Of a stretch of 64,000 nucleotides of DNA, positions 14,137 to 28,151 are shown one piece after another. Where the stretch lies: NCBI GenBank assembly GCA_951406725.2, contig OX597829.1, positions 25,420,001 to 25,484,000 on the forward strand. Reading direction: 5' to 3'. Below the pieces are notes generated by a model. The model saw only the letters and a list, made by a program, of their open reading frames with translations. It was not told where the DNA came from and did not search any database. Position 1 is the stretch's first letter; each line of letters opens with the position of its first letter. The DNA is from Octopus vulgaris. Its lineage: Eukaryota. The translations under genes were made by a program, and so were the position numbers.

Positions 14137-14629
14137 TGAAATTTTTTATTCACTTTTTGTAGTGAGTGAATGTGTGAGTGATTGACAGAGAAAAAGTAAG
14201 AGAGAGGTTATGTATGTATGAATGGCTTCAGTGACACACACACACACACACACAGAGGTTATTATGTATGTATACATAGATGTATATATTTATATATGGC
14301 CGAGAAAGAGTTAACTGAAATTTTGTTATTCCCTTTTTGTAGTGAGTGAATGTGACTGATAGAGAAAAGGAGAGAGAGGTTATGTATGTATGAATGACTT
14401 TGGTGACTGTCATCCTGTACTCCCCTTGTTGCTAGTGAAATGGTATATGCCAGCTGTGTGAGCAACTGATTGTTTTAATGGCAGGGGAATTACATTAGAA
14501 AAAGTTTTAATCGATTTTCTCGCTAACTATGGGGGCTAGGAAAAAAATACAAACTGCATTCCAATCTATGCACCTGTCTCCACATGTCTGCCATTTTTCA
14601 TGCGAATCCACCCAGCTGTTTGGATGTGA

Positions 14630-14889
14630 TCCTCAAGGCAAATTGCACAACATTATCCAATAAGATTTGGGAAGTAAAGGAAAATAGAATTAGATTTAGA
14701 CTCAAATGGGACATAGTAAGAAAAGCGCAACCTTATAAAAATAGTAGATATGGATGCGAGCTCTGGTCTATAGAGATTTATGAAATTTTTAAACATAAGG
14801 ATAATGTAAACCTGTTAAATAACCAAGTAGATCTGGGGGTATTGTGTGTACATAGTACTACCCGTACCTTTAAATATTTTAGAAAATAA
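14630..14889 (+). mobile_element. Penelope-like element, GIY-YIG endonuclease C-terminal fragment
   Basis: TTLSNKIWEVKEN...LKWDIVRKAQPYK...CELWSIEIYEI...NLLNN...CVH resembles the PLE endonuclease tail. Confidence 0.65.
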
Positions 14890-16614
14890 CATTTTATTAG
14901 TCCTGAATTTTTAAATCTTAAAATATACCTCTTAGTTTTAAATTCAATGCATAAGTAGCATACCCTGCAACATTAATTTTTTAGTCAACACTAGGTATTA
15001 ATGATTAAATAACATAAGCAAATTGAGTAAATAATTTTTAATTTCTAAAATTATTGCATATATTCTATAAATCTCATCTATCGAAGTTACTAAGTTGTAT
15101 ACATACTCCATCATAATTTTAGTGATTTAGCTATTTCACATCAGTTTCTATGATGGTTCTACTCTACCTAATCTTTTTCAATACTCTATAATTACCTTTA
15201 TATAAGCCTAAATTGTTGTACACATATACAGCCATACTTAACTTATAATAAACAATATAGGTATCTTCAAAAATTTTAAAATTTAAATGCCAAAATTTTA
15301 ACTGCCTAAATTAAGATTTAACTAATCTATAATATATTTGTTCTCTCATCTAAATGGTAAATATTCATTATTTTAACATTAATTAAAAAATGACACATTA
15401 TTCTAAATAGTTTCAGTAATAATATTTTTCATCCTTTTTTCTTAAAATGTTCCATACCCCTAATTTTGATATTTATGTTGATTTTAAATAGCCCCTCCAA
15501 ATAAGAACTCTTTAGAAACTGTAATATTACTTGTATCTCCACTAAATTTTAAAATTAATTAAATTTTAATTAAATCAGTATTTAGTGGACATGTTTTTAA
15601 CCTCAGTTACTCCAATTAAATATTGGTTAAATCCATTTGATCAATCTCCACAGAAACCTTATAATAAGTAAAGTTTTTAGATAAGTAAAAAATATATAAC
15701 ATTAGTCTATTTATTTGCAATTTTCTGTTACCTCCCTCCATTGTAGTTAAAGGATTTTGGTATATAAGTCAATAGTGGTATCCTGTTTTGTTAAAAGTCT
15801 CCTCTTAATAATCTTGATTACCCTAAATAATACTTTTTAACCTTATACAGCATAATAACATTGTTTGAAAAGTTTTTTTAAAGGAATTACTTGATTTCTC
15901 TTTTTCTCAAATAGTTCTCCCTGCCTGATCTGAGTATGTATAAAGAACTTTATTTAAATAACATTTCTAAATAAGTACCAATTAGAAAATATAAATATCA
16001 TGTAGGATGTAATAACAACAATTTCTTAAACCCTTAATTTATAAAAAGATTAGGTGATAGTAAAATTTTGTTCCATAACTTAATTATTTCTTTAGCCAAC
16101 ACTAGACATCAGTCTTTTATAGATATTATTGTGACAAGTAAATATAATTTTTAGTCTAACATTTTGAATTATTAAATTTTTTCTAAAAATATCTTACCTA
16201 TTGATGTGAATAAGCTAAATACACCTTACCATAGTTTTGGTATATAAGCCATTTTACCCTTTTTCTATAATGTTCTACTAATGATTATTTATTTTATTTT
16301 ATTTTTAAAACTATCATTTATTTATTTATTTATAAAATTACTGTAAGTCTTACATCTCTATAAATTTCATACAATGCTGGAATATTCACGATTTAAAATA
16401 AAAAAATCTGATTAGACTAAAATTGTTAATATTTAATATCTAATTTTAACATTCTTTTACCTCAATTTTCCTTTATTAATACTAGTAAATACCATTTAAT
16501 CAATAATTATAAATATATGTTAAGTTAGTATTTAAATATGTAAATATTGAACTATTTCTATATTTTCTGTCCCTCTATTGTGTAAAATTTAATATATACT
16601 CTTCAAACTCCACC

Positions 16615-16945
16615 CATCTAACACCCGTGGACATATTTACAAAGTAAGAAAACAGCACAGCTCCCATGACTTCAGGAAACATTTTTTCACGCTGAGAGTT
16701 GCTGAAGCGTGGAACAAACTGCCGGCATCAGTTGTTAGTTGTCGGAGCACTGCATCCTTCAAAACTTCCATGCTTCCTGAGATTCGCCAACACTACACTT
16801 GATTTTCTCCCCTCCATACACACACAAGCATGTTCATTCACTTTCCAGACATTTCTACATTACTGCATGTACTTTATATGCACTTTCTGACAAGTTGTGG
16901 TGCACCTGAGCACTGTATACAATAATTTCATTATTATTATTATTT
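16615..16945 (+). mobile_element. CR1-type LINE 3' end
   Basis: RGHIYKVRKQHSSHDFRKHFFTLRVAEAWNKLPASVV followed by UTR and (att)n tail. Confidence 0.8.
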
Positions 16946-17614
16946 TTTATACTGAAAGTATTCATAAATATTATTCCTAGTTTTCTTTAGATTAACCCTT
17001 AACTTTATCTGTGTGTGTGTGTGTGTGTATATATAAATATATAGCAGCATTGTTTTATAGTAGGTAAATGTAGTACTATATGATAAGACTTCCCCTGTAC
17101 CATCAGCATTGGTCTGCTTAATAGCAGCTAACATCTTGTTTGAAGTATCTTCTTACTGAACCAAATGGCTTTGCTACAAATAAATCTTGATTTATGACTA
17201 TGCCACTTAAATTGTCTATCTACTTAACCCCACCTCAAACTGACACTACCCTCTGTCTTCTCTCAGATTTGCTAAACTAGCCTATAAAATTAAACTGACC
17301 CCCCCCCCCTTCGTAATTAAATCTGAATAATAGAAATAATCAGTGAAAAGCAGTGTCTTTTTTTTGAAAAAATTTCAGTTACAACTATGATGTTGTTGGT
17401 AAAACATGTTCTTTGTCTATTCCCTTATCCTCTTGGAGATTTTGGATAAAATTATACTAATATGTCCTTCAAATTTAATTAAATTCTATGTTTTTTGTGC
17501 AGCTGAAGATTGCTCTACATTTTAAATTGATGTAATGTTTGCATTGTTTAATTAAATGGAGTCGCATGAAATGATCGTACTGCATTACCTCTGGATGTCC
17601 TTGTTGCTTATTTT

Positions 17615-17672
<58 letters not shown>

Positions 17673-17807
17673 ACATAATTTAGAGAAAAACCTCTATTAA
17701 ACAATTCAATAAAGAAAGATGTTATTCACACCATATAGAAAACATATACTACAAAAAAAAACCTTATTCTAAAAATCAATAAAGTACAATAAATAGTAAA
17801 CAGTAGT

Positions 17808-17916
17808 AAAAAGACTATGCGCGTTTCGTGGCTATATTTTCAAATAGATAATAATAAGAAAATCAATTCGATTTAAAATTAATTCTATTTAAAAATATAG
17901 TCACTCATCAGCTCTA
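17808..17916 (-). ncRNA. Putative type I hammerhead ribozyme (Penelope-type minimal stem III)
   Basis: CUGAUGA, ~21-bp stem II (GUGACUAUAUUUUUAAAUAGA/UCUAUUUGAAAAUAUAGCCAC), GAAA-C-gcgcaua-GUC; weak stem I. Confidence 0.7.
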
Positions 17917-18334
17917 AGATAATAAATAATAAAAAATAATAATAGAATAAATGTACTCATCTTAACTTATACTAATCATCAAATAAATATATAAAAATAC
18001 ATGTATTAACTATAAATAATCGAAAAGCATTTAACAATATTTCTTAAAATAAAAATATAACTTATCGTTTCGAAGGATTTTCGTTAACTAAAAATTTAAA
18101 CGTAAAACATAGAACTTAGCGTTTATAAGAAATATATCACCTAAAGACAATTTATAGAAGAAATACACAGAAATATGTATTTAAGCTATTAAAATTACAA
18201 ATGTATTTCAGCTGTAAGAATAAGGGAAAAAAATTAACTTTAATATACCATTAAGTGGAAAAATTGTAAAGTCTAAATAATTTTAATACTAAATACGTAA
18301 AATACATCATATAATAAACATAAATTAAGTTAAA

Positions 18335-18362
18335 ATATATATATACATATATATATATACAC

Positions 18363-18445
<83 letters not shown>

Positions 18446-18644
18446 CATATATACATATATATATATATACATATATATACATATATACATATATATATAT
18501 ATACATATATACATATATATATATATACATATATATACATATATATATATATACATATATATACATATATATATATATACATATATATACATATATATAT
18601 ATACATATATATACATATATATATATATACATATATATATATAC

Positions 18645-18675
<31 letters not shown>

Positions 18676-18802
18676 CATATATATATATACATATATATAT
18701 ATATACATATATATATATACATATATATATATACATATATATACATATATACATATATATATATATACATATATATACATATATATATATACATATATAT
18801 AT

Positions 18803-18849
<47 letters not shown>

Positions 18850-18896
18850 TACATATATATACATATATACATATATATATATACATATATATATAT

Positions 18897-18929
<33 letters not shown>

Positions 18930-19098
18930 TACATATATATATATACATATATATATATATACATACATATATATATATACATATATATATATACATATAT
19001 ATATATATACATATATATATATACATATATATATATACATATATATATATATACATATATACATATATATACATATATACATATATACATATATATAC

Positions 19099-19131
<33 letters not shown>

Positions 19132-19210
19132 CATATATACATATATATATATATACATATATACATATATATATATATACATATATACATATATATATAT
19201 ACATATATAC

Positions 19211-19243
<33 letters not shown>

Positions 19244-19270
19244 CATATATATACATATATATATATACAT
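18335..19270. repeat. (TA)n/(TACA) compound microsatellite
   Basis: Direct inspection. Confidence 0.95.
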
Positions 19271-20302
19271 AACTTAGAATAAATAACTTAGAAAGGTTTT
19301 GGCCAGTATTGGCCCAGGCCATGTCTAACTTAATAGCACCACCTGGCGAAGTCTTTCAGTTCAGGATTTGGGCACCAAGGCCCATTCGAGCAGAGAGTTA
19401 TTGTTTGCGGAGACATATCCGGGTGTGGGTGGTTTGTCCGGTACTTTTTGAAGGAATTTGTCCAAAGACTTCTTGAATTTTGTGTGGTCAGTTTCTCTTT
19501 TGACGTGCCCTGGTGTAATGTTGAAGAGAGCAGGTCCAATTGAGGTGAAATAGTTGTGCTGTATTGTCGTTATGTGATGCGATTTAGATTTTTGTTGTGG
19601 ACGGATGGCATGTGGTCCAAGCCTTGGATGCATTTTGAAGGTGATGCCAACATCATTCGGACAGTGCTGGTGGAATATTTTCCACATCATACAGATAATG
19701 TAGCGTTCACGGCGTCGTTGGAGTGAATACAATTTCAGCTTCTCTAGTCTACCCCAGTAGTCAAGGTCTGACATGCCATCTATCTTTTTTGTGATTGACC
19801 TTTGGGGAGCTTCAATTCTCATAATATTTTGTTTTGTGTAGGGAGACCATAGTGGACAGCAGTATTCAAGGTGGAGTCGGGCAAAAGTGGAGAAGAGAAG
19901 GATAATAGCGTGGGAATCTCTCGACTGGAAGGTTCTGAGAATCCAGGAACACATTCTGCGGGCCATGTCAACTTTGCTGCTTATATGTGTAGCCCAGCTT
20001 ATGTTGTTGTCCACTGTTACTCCCAGGTCTCTGATGTTGTTGGATGCCATGAGAATTTCTCCAGAAGGAAGAGAGTATGGGAGTTTCAGAGCGTCCTCCA
20101 TTCCAAAGTGGATCAGTTCGAATTTGTCTTCATTTAGCAACATGTTATTCTTTTCCGCCCATTGGACAACAGCCAGTAGGTCTGACTGAAGGTTTATTCG
20201 GTCATCCACGCCATTGATGACCTTCTGGAGCTTGGAATCATCAGTGAAGGTTCTGATGTTACTGTGTTTGATGGTGTCAGTAATATCATTTATGTAGATG
20301 AC
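19271..20302 (-). mobile_element. CR1/L2-group LINE, family A, 5'-truncated
   Basis: RT end (IYINDI...FTDDSK), [21 protein letters not shown]; short 3' UTR. Confidence 0.9.
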
Positions 20303-20375
20303 TTTAAAGACTTCACCAGGCGGTGCTATTAAGTTAGACATGGCCTAGGCCAATAATGGCTGAAAACAATCAAAG

Positions 20376-20630
20376 TATATATATATATACATATATATAT
20401 ATACATATATATATACATACATATACATATATATACATATATATACATACATATATATATACATACATATACATATATATACATATACATATATATACAT
20501 ACATATACATATATATACATATACATATATATGTACATATATATACATATACAAATATATACATATACAAATATATACATATACAAATATATACATATAT
20601 ACATATATATACATATATATACATATATAC

Positions 20631-20677
<47 letters not shown>

Positions 20678-21546
20678 CATATATATACATACATATACAT
20701 ACATACATATACATATATATACATACATATACATATATATACATACATATACATATATATACATATATATATACATATATATATACATATATATACATAT
20801 ATATACATATATATACATACATATACATACATATACATATATATACATACATATACATACATATACATATATATACATACATATACATACATATACATAT
20901 ATATACATACATATACATATATATATATACATATATATACATATATATACATACATATACATACATATATATATATATACATACATATACATACATACAT
21001 ACATATATACATATACATACATACATATATACATACATACATATATACATACATACATATATACATACACATATACATACATACATACATACATATATAC
21101 ACACATATATATATACACACATATATATATACACACATATATATATACACATATACATACATACATACATACATATATACACACATATATATATACACAC
21201 ATATATATATACACACATATATATATACACACATATATATATATACACATATATATATATACATATATATATATACATATATATATATACATATATATAT
21301 ACATATATATATACACATATATATATACATATATATATACACATATATACATACATATATATATACACATATATACATACATATATATATACACATATAC
21401 ATACATATATATATACATACATATATATACATATATACATACATATACATATATACATACATATATACAATTACATACATATATACATACATATATACAT
21501 ACATACATATATACATACATATATACATACATATATATATACATAC

Positions 21547-21605
<59 letters not shown>

Positions 21606-21789
21606 CATACATATATATATACATACATATACATACATACATATATACATACATATATACATACATATATACATACATATATATATACATACATATATAC
21701 ATACATATATATATACATACATATATACATACATATATATATACATACATATATACATACATATATATATACATACATATATACATACA

Positions 21790-21829
<40 letters not shown>

Positions 21830-22036
21830 CATACATATATACATACATATATATATACATATATACATACATACATATATATATATATATACATATATAC
21901 ATATATATATACATATATATACATATATATATACATACATATATACATACATACATATATACATATATACATATATATATATATATACATATATACATAC
22001 ATATATATATACATACATATATACATACATACATAT

Positions 22037-22071
<35 letters not shown>

Positions 22072-22076
22072 CATAC

Positions 22077-22107
<31 letters not shown>

Positions 22108-22622
22108 CATACATATATATACATATATATATATACATATATATATACATATATATATACATACATATATATATACATACATATATATATACATATATAT
22201 ATACATATATATATACATATATACATATATATATACATATATATATATACATATATATATACATACATATATATATACATATATATATATATACATACAT
22301 ATATATACATATATATATATACATATATATATACGTATATATATACATATATATATACGTATATATATACATATATATATACATATATATATACATACAT
22401 ATATATATACATACATATATATATATATACATATATATACATATATATATACATACATATATATATACATATATATACATATATATATATACATATATAT
22501 ATACATATATATATACATATATATATACATATATATATACATATATATATACATATATATATACATATATATATACATATATATATACATATATATATAC
22601 ATATATATATACATATATATAC

Positions 22623-22677
<55 letters not shown>

Positions 22678-22801
22678 CATATATATACATATATATATAT
22701 ACATATATATATATACATATATATATATACATACATATATATATACATATATATATATACATACATATATATACATATATATATACATACATATATATAC
22801 A

Positions 22802-22839
<38 letters not shown>

Positions 22840-22941
22840 CATATATATATACATACATATATATATATACATATATATGCATACATATATATATACATAT
22901 ATATGCATACATATATATATATACATATATATATGTATATA
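20376..22941. repeat. 2.5-kb (TA)/(TACA) array
   Basis: Direct inspection. Confidence 0.95.
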
Positions 22942-23323
22942 AAATGCCAGAACTGGGCGCCACTGCGTGGTGCCTAGGACTCCAAACCTGCCATCAAGAT
23001 GTAGGACAAGATTCTGTGATAGCCTGGGCTTCCGAGGCCCACAGCTCTTCAATATCCTCCCGAAGAACCTGAGAGACCTGCATGGGGTGGATACAAATGT
23101 CTTTAAAATGAAGCTGGATCTCTTCCTGTCAGGTGTCCCAGATGAACCAACTTCACGGCAGGAGGGGCAGATGAGGGCAGCTGCATCGAACTCTCTCATG
23201 CACCAAATAGCAGTTGCTAGAAAGCCTCCATGAAGTGAAACCAAGTAGCAACACCAAATGGCGGTGCCCCAGCATGGCCACAGCTCATAAGCTGAAACTA
23301 GAATCAATCAATCAATCAATCAA
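22942..23323 (+). mobile_element. CR1/L2-group LINE, family B, 3' stub with (AATC)n tail
   Basis: Near-identical to 38073-38455. Confidence 0.9.
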
Positions 23324-23357
23324 TGCATACATATATATACATACATATATACATACA

Positions 23358-23412
<55 letters not shown>

Positions 23413-23599
23413 ACATATATATATATACATATATATATATACATATATATATATACATACATATATATACATATATATACATACATATATATACATATAT
23501 ATACATACATATATATACATATATATATACATACATATATATATATACATATATATGCATACATATATATACATATATATATACATACATATATATACA

Positions 23600-23679
<80 letters not shown>

Positions 23680-23722
23680 CATATATATACATATATATAT
23701 ACATACATATATATATACATAC

Positions 23723-23755
<33 letters not shown>

Positions 23756-23808
23756 CATACATATATATATATACATATATATATACATATACATACATAT
23801 ACATATAC

Positions 23809-23841
<33 letters not shown>

Positions 23842-23864
23842 CATATATACATACATATATATAC

Positions 23865-23899
<35 letters not shown>

Positions 23900-24233
23900 C
23901 ATATATACATAAATATATATACATATATACATAAATATATATACATATATACATAAATATATATACATACATATATATACATATATACATAAATATATAT
24001 ACATATATATATACATAAATATATATACATATATATATATATACATATATATATACATAAATATATATACATATATATATATATACATATACATATATAT
24101 ATACATATATATATACATATATATACATATAAATATATACATATATATACATATAAATATACATATATATACATATATACACACATATATACATATACAC
24201 ATATATACATATATATATATATATACATATATA
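23324..24233. repeat. (TA)/(TACA) array
   Basis: Direct inspection. Confidence 0.95.
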
Positions 24234-25004
24234 CAGGTGAAACTCTCGCTGCGTCCAACAACATCAGAGACTTGGGAGTAATTGTGGACAACAACATAAG
24301 CTGGGCCACTCATATAAACACCAAAGTTGACATGGCCCGCAGAATGTGTTCCTGGATTCTCAGAACTTTCCAGTCGAGAGAAATCCACACCATTATCCTT
24401 TTCTTCTCCACTTTTGCCCGACCCCACCTTGAATACTGTTGTCCACTGTGGTCTCCCCACACAATACAAAGTATCATAAAAGTTGAAGCACCTCAAAGGG
24501 CAATCACAAGAAAGATAGATGGCATGACAGGCCTCGACTAGAAAAGCTAAAACTTTATTCTCTCCAACGTCGTCGTGAGCGCTACATCATCTGCATGATG
24601 TGGAAAATATTCCATCAGCATTGCCCAAATGATGTTGGCATCACCTTTAAGGTACATCCAAGGCTTGGGCCCCGTGCCATCCGCCCAAAACAAAAATCGC
24701 ACTCTCATCTCATAACAACAATACGGCACAATTATTTCACCTCAATTGGCCCCGCTCTCTTTAACATTACACCAAAACACATTAAAACAGAAACTGACCC
24801 TATAGGGTTCAAGAAGTCTTTGGACAGATTCCTTCAAGAAATCCCGGATAAACCCCCTACACCCGGATATGTCTGTAAACAATAACTCTCTACTTGAGTG
24901 GGCCATAGTGCCCAAATTCTGACTTTAAAGACTTCACCAGGTGGTGCTATTAAGTTAGACATGGCCTGGGCCAATAATGGCCAAAACCTATCAAAGTATC
25001 AACG
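24234..25004 (+). mobile_element. CR1/L2-group LINE, family A, 3' fragment
   Basis: Homologous to 19271-20070 in opposite orientation; small deletion near 24540. Confidence 0.9.
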
Positions 25005-25024
25005 TATATATATATATATATATG

Positions 25025-25070
<46 letters not shown>

Positions 25071-25503
25071 TATACATATATATACATATATATACATATA
25101 TATACATATACATATATATATATACATATACATACATATACATATACATACATACATATACATACATATACATATATATACATATACATACATACATATA
25201 CATACATATACATATATATACATATATATACATATACATACATATACATATATATACATATACATATATATACATATACATACATATATATACATACATA
25301 TACATACATATACATATATATACATATACATATACATATACATACATATACATATATATACATATACATATATATACATATACATATACATACATATACA
25401 TATACATACATATACATATACATATACATACATATACATACATAAATATATATACATATATATATATACATATATATATATACATATATATATATATACA
25501 TAC

Positions 25504-25548
<45 letters not shown>

Positions 25549-25608
25549 TATATAATATATATATACATATATATATATACATATATATATATATACATAC
25601 ATATATAT

Positions 25609-25659
<51 letters not shown>

Positions 25660-25660
25660 C

Positions 25661-25723
<63 letters not shown>

Positions 25724-25800
25724 CATACATATATATATACATATACATACATATATACATATACATACATATATATATATACATATATATATATACATAC

Positions 25801-25831
<31 letters not shown>

Positions 25832-26049
25832 CATACATATATATATTTATATATATACATATATATATACATACATATATATATATACATACATATATAT
25901 ATATACATACATATATATATATACATACATATATATATATACATACATATATATATATACATACATATATATATATATACATACATATATATATATACAT
26001 ATATATATATACATATATATATATACATACATATATATATATCCCATGC

Positions 26050-26082
<33 letters not shown>

Positions 26083-26141
26083 TATATACATATATATATA
26101 TATACATATATACATATATATACATATATATATATACATAT
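25005..26141. repeat. (TA)/(TACA) array
   Basis: Direct inspection. Confidence 0.95.
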
Positions 26142-28120
26142 ATCATCATCATCATCATCATCATCGTTTAACGTCCGCTTTCCATGCGAGCATGGGTTGG
26201 ACGGTTCAACTGGGGTCTGGCAAGCCCGAAGGCTGCACCAGGCCAGTCAGATCTGGCAGTGTTTCTACAGCTGGATGCCCTTCCTAACGCCAACCACTCC
26301 GAGAGTGTAGTGGGTGATTTTATGTGCCACCGACACAGGTGCCAGACGAGGCTGGCAGACGGCCACGCTCGGATGGTGTTTTTTATGTGCCACCGACACA
26401 GGTGCCAGACGAGGCTGGCTGACGGCCACGCTCGGATGGTGTTTTCTTATGTGTCACCGACACAGGTGCCAGACGGGGCTGACGGACGGCCACGCTCGGA
26501 TGGTGTTTGTTACGTGCCCTCAGCACGGAGGCCAGTCGTTGCGGTACTGGCTACGATCACGTTCGGATGGTTTTCTTATGTGCCACCGGCACTGGTACCA
26601 CAAGGATACAAATTCCATTGATGTTCATCTATTTTGATTTGGTTCGATTTGATTTGATTTGATTCGATTCGATTCGATTCTCACTTGCCTCAACAGGTCT
26701 TCACAAGTGTCACAAGAAGGAAGGTATGCACAGGTGGACTGACTACGTCCCAGGTAGGGGCCACGGATTATGGCTTCACTAGTCTTGCCGGGTCTTCTCA
26801 CGCACAGCATACTTCCATAGGTCTCGGTCTCTAGTCATTTCCATGGTGAGACCTAACGTCCGAAGGTCGTGCTTCACCACCTCGTCCCAGGTTTTCCTGG
26901 GTCTACCTCTTCCACGGGTTCCCTCAACTGCTAGGGATTGGCACTTTCTCACACACCTATCTTCATCCATTCTCGCCACATGACCATACCAGCGCAATCG
27001 TCTCTCTTGCACACAACAACTGATGCTTCTTAGGTACAACATTTCTCTCAAGGTACTAACGCTCTGTCGAGTAAGTACACTGACATTACACATCCATCGG
27101 AGCATACTGGCTTCATTCCTCACAAGCTTACGCATGTCCTCAGCAGTCACGGCCCATGTTTCACTGCCATGTAGCATAGCTGTTCGTACACATGCATCAT
27201 ACAGTCTGCCTTTTACACTGAGCGAGAGGCCTTTAGTCACCAGCAGAGGTAAGAGCTCCCTAAACTTTGCCCAGGCTATTCTTATTCTAGCAGTTACACT
27301 TTCAGCGCACCCGCCCCCACTACTGACTTGGTCACCTAGATAGCGGAAGCTATCAACTACTTCTAGTTTTTCCCCCGGAAAGTGACGGAAGTTGTTTTCT
27401 GCAGATTTTCGGAGGTCAATGCTCCAGAGCATCTGCCACATACAAAAACTATTTTCCCAGTTAGCCTACCTTTGACATTGCTGCACCTCTTATGTGTCCA
27501 TAGCTTACACTGGGTACATCTTATAGAGTTTCTACCTACAACTTTTCTACAGATTGAGCAGGGCCATCTTCCTGAGGATATTTGTGGATTTTCTAACTTT
27601 CTACTTATTAGTACTTTGGTTTTAGCTAGGTTGACTCTAAGGCCCCTCGATTCTAAACCCTCCTTCCACACCTGGAACTTCTCCTCCAGTTCTGATAGTG
27701 ACTCAGCGATTAGAGCGAGGTCGTCAGCATAGAGGAGCTCCCAGGGGCAACCTGTCTTGAATTCCTCCACAATTGCCTGGAGGACTATGATAAATAGGAG
27801 GGGGCTGAGTACTGTACCCTGGTGGACCCCAACCTCTACCTTGAATTCTTCTGTGTACATGCTGCCAACTCTAACCTTACTTACGGCATCTCTGTACATG
27901 GCTTGCACAGCCCTCACCAGCCATTCATCTATCCCTAGTTTCCTCATTGACCACCAGATGAGGGAACGGGGGACCCTATCAAAGGCTTTCTCCATGTCAA
28001 CGAAAGCCAGGTACAGGGGCTTATCTTTGGCTAGGTATTTCTCCTGCAGCTGCCTTACCAGGAATATAGCATCAGTGGTGCTTTTCCCTGGGACAAACCC
28101 AAACTGCATCTCATCTAAAC
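26142..28120 (-). mobile_element. RTE-clade LINE, 5'-truncated, with PHD-like finger
   Basis: [52 protein letters not shown]; (GAT)n tail. Confidence 0.93.
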
Positions 28121-28151
28121 TATATATATATACATATATATATATATACAT

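Noticed and set aside
14900-16610. Very AT-rich stretch, possibly a decayed Penelope-like coding region on the minus strand
   Set aside because: No motif could be read with confidence.
27362-27380. Programmed -1 frameshift at G GGG AAA AAC in RTE
   Set aside because: Not a canonical X XXY YYZ heptamer in the zero frame; a homopolymer deletion is simpler.
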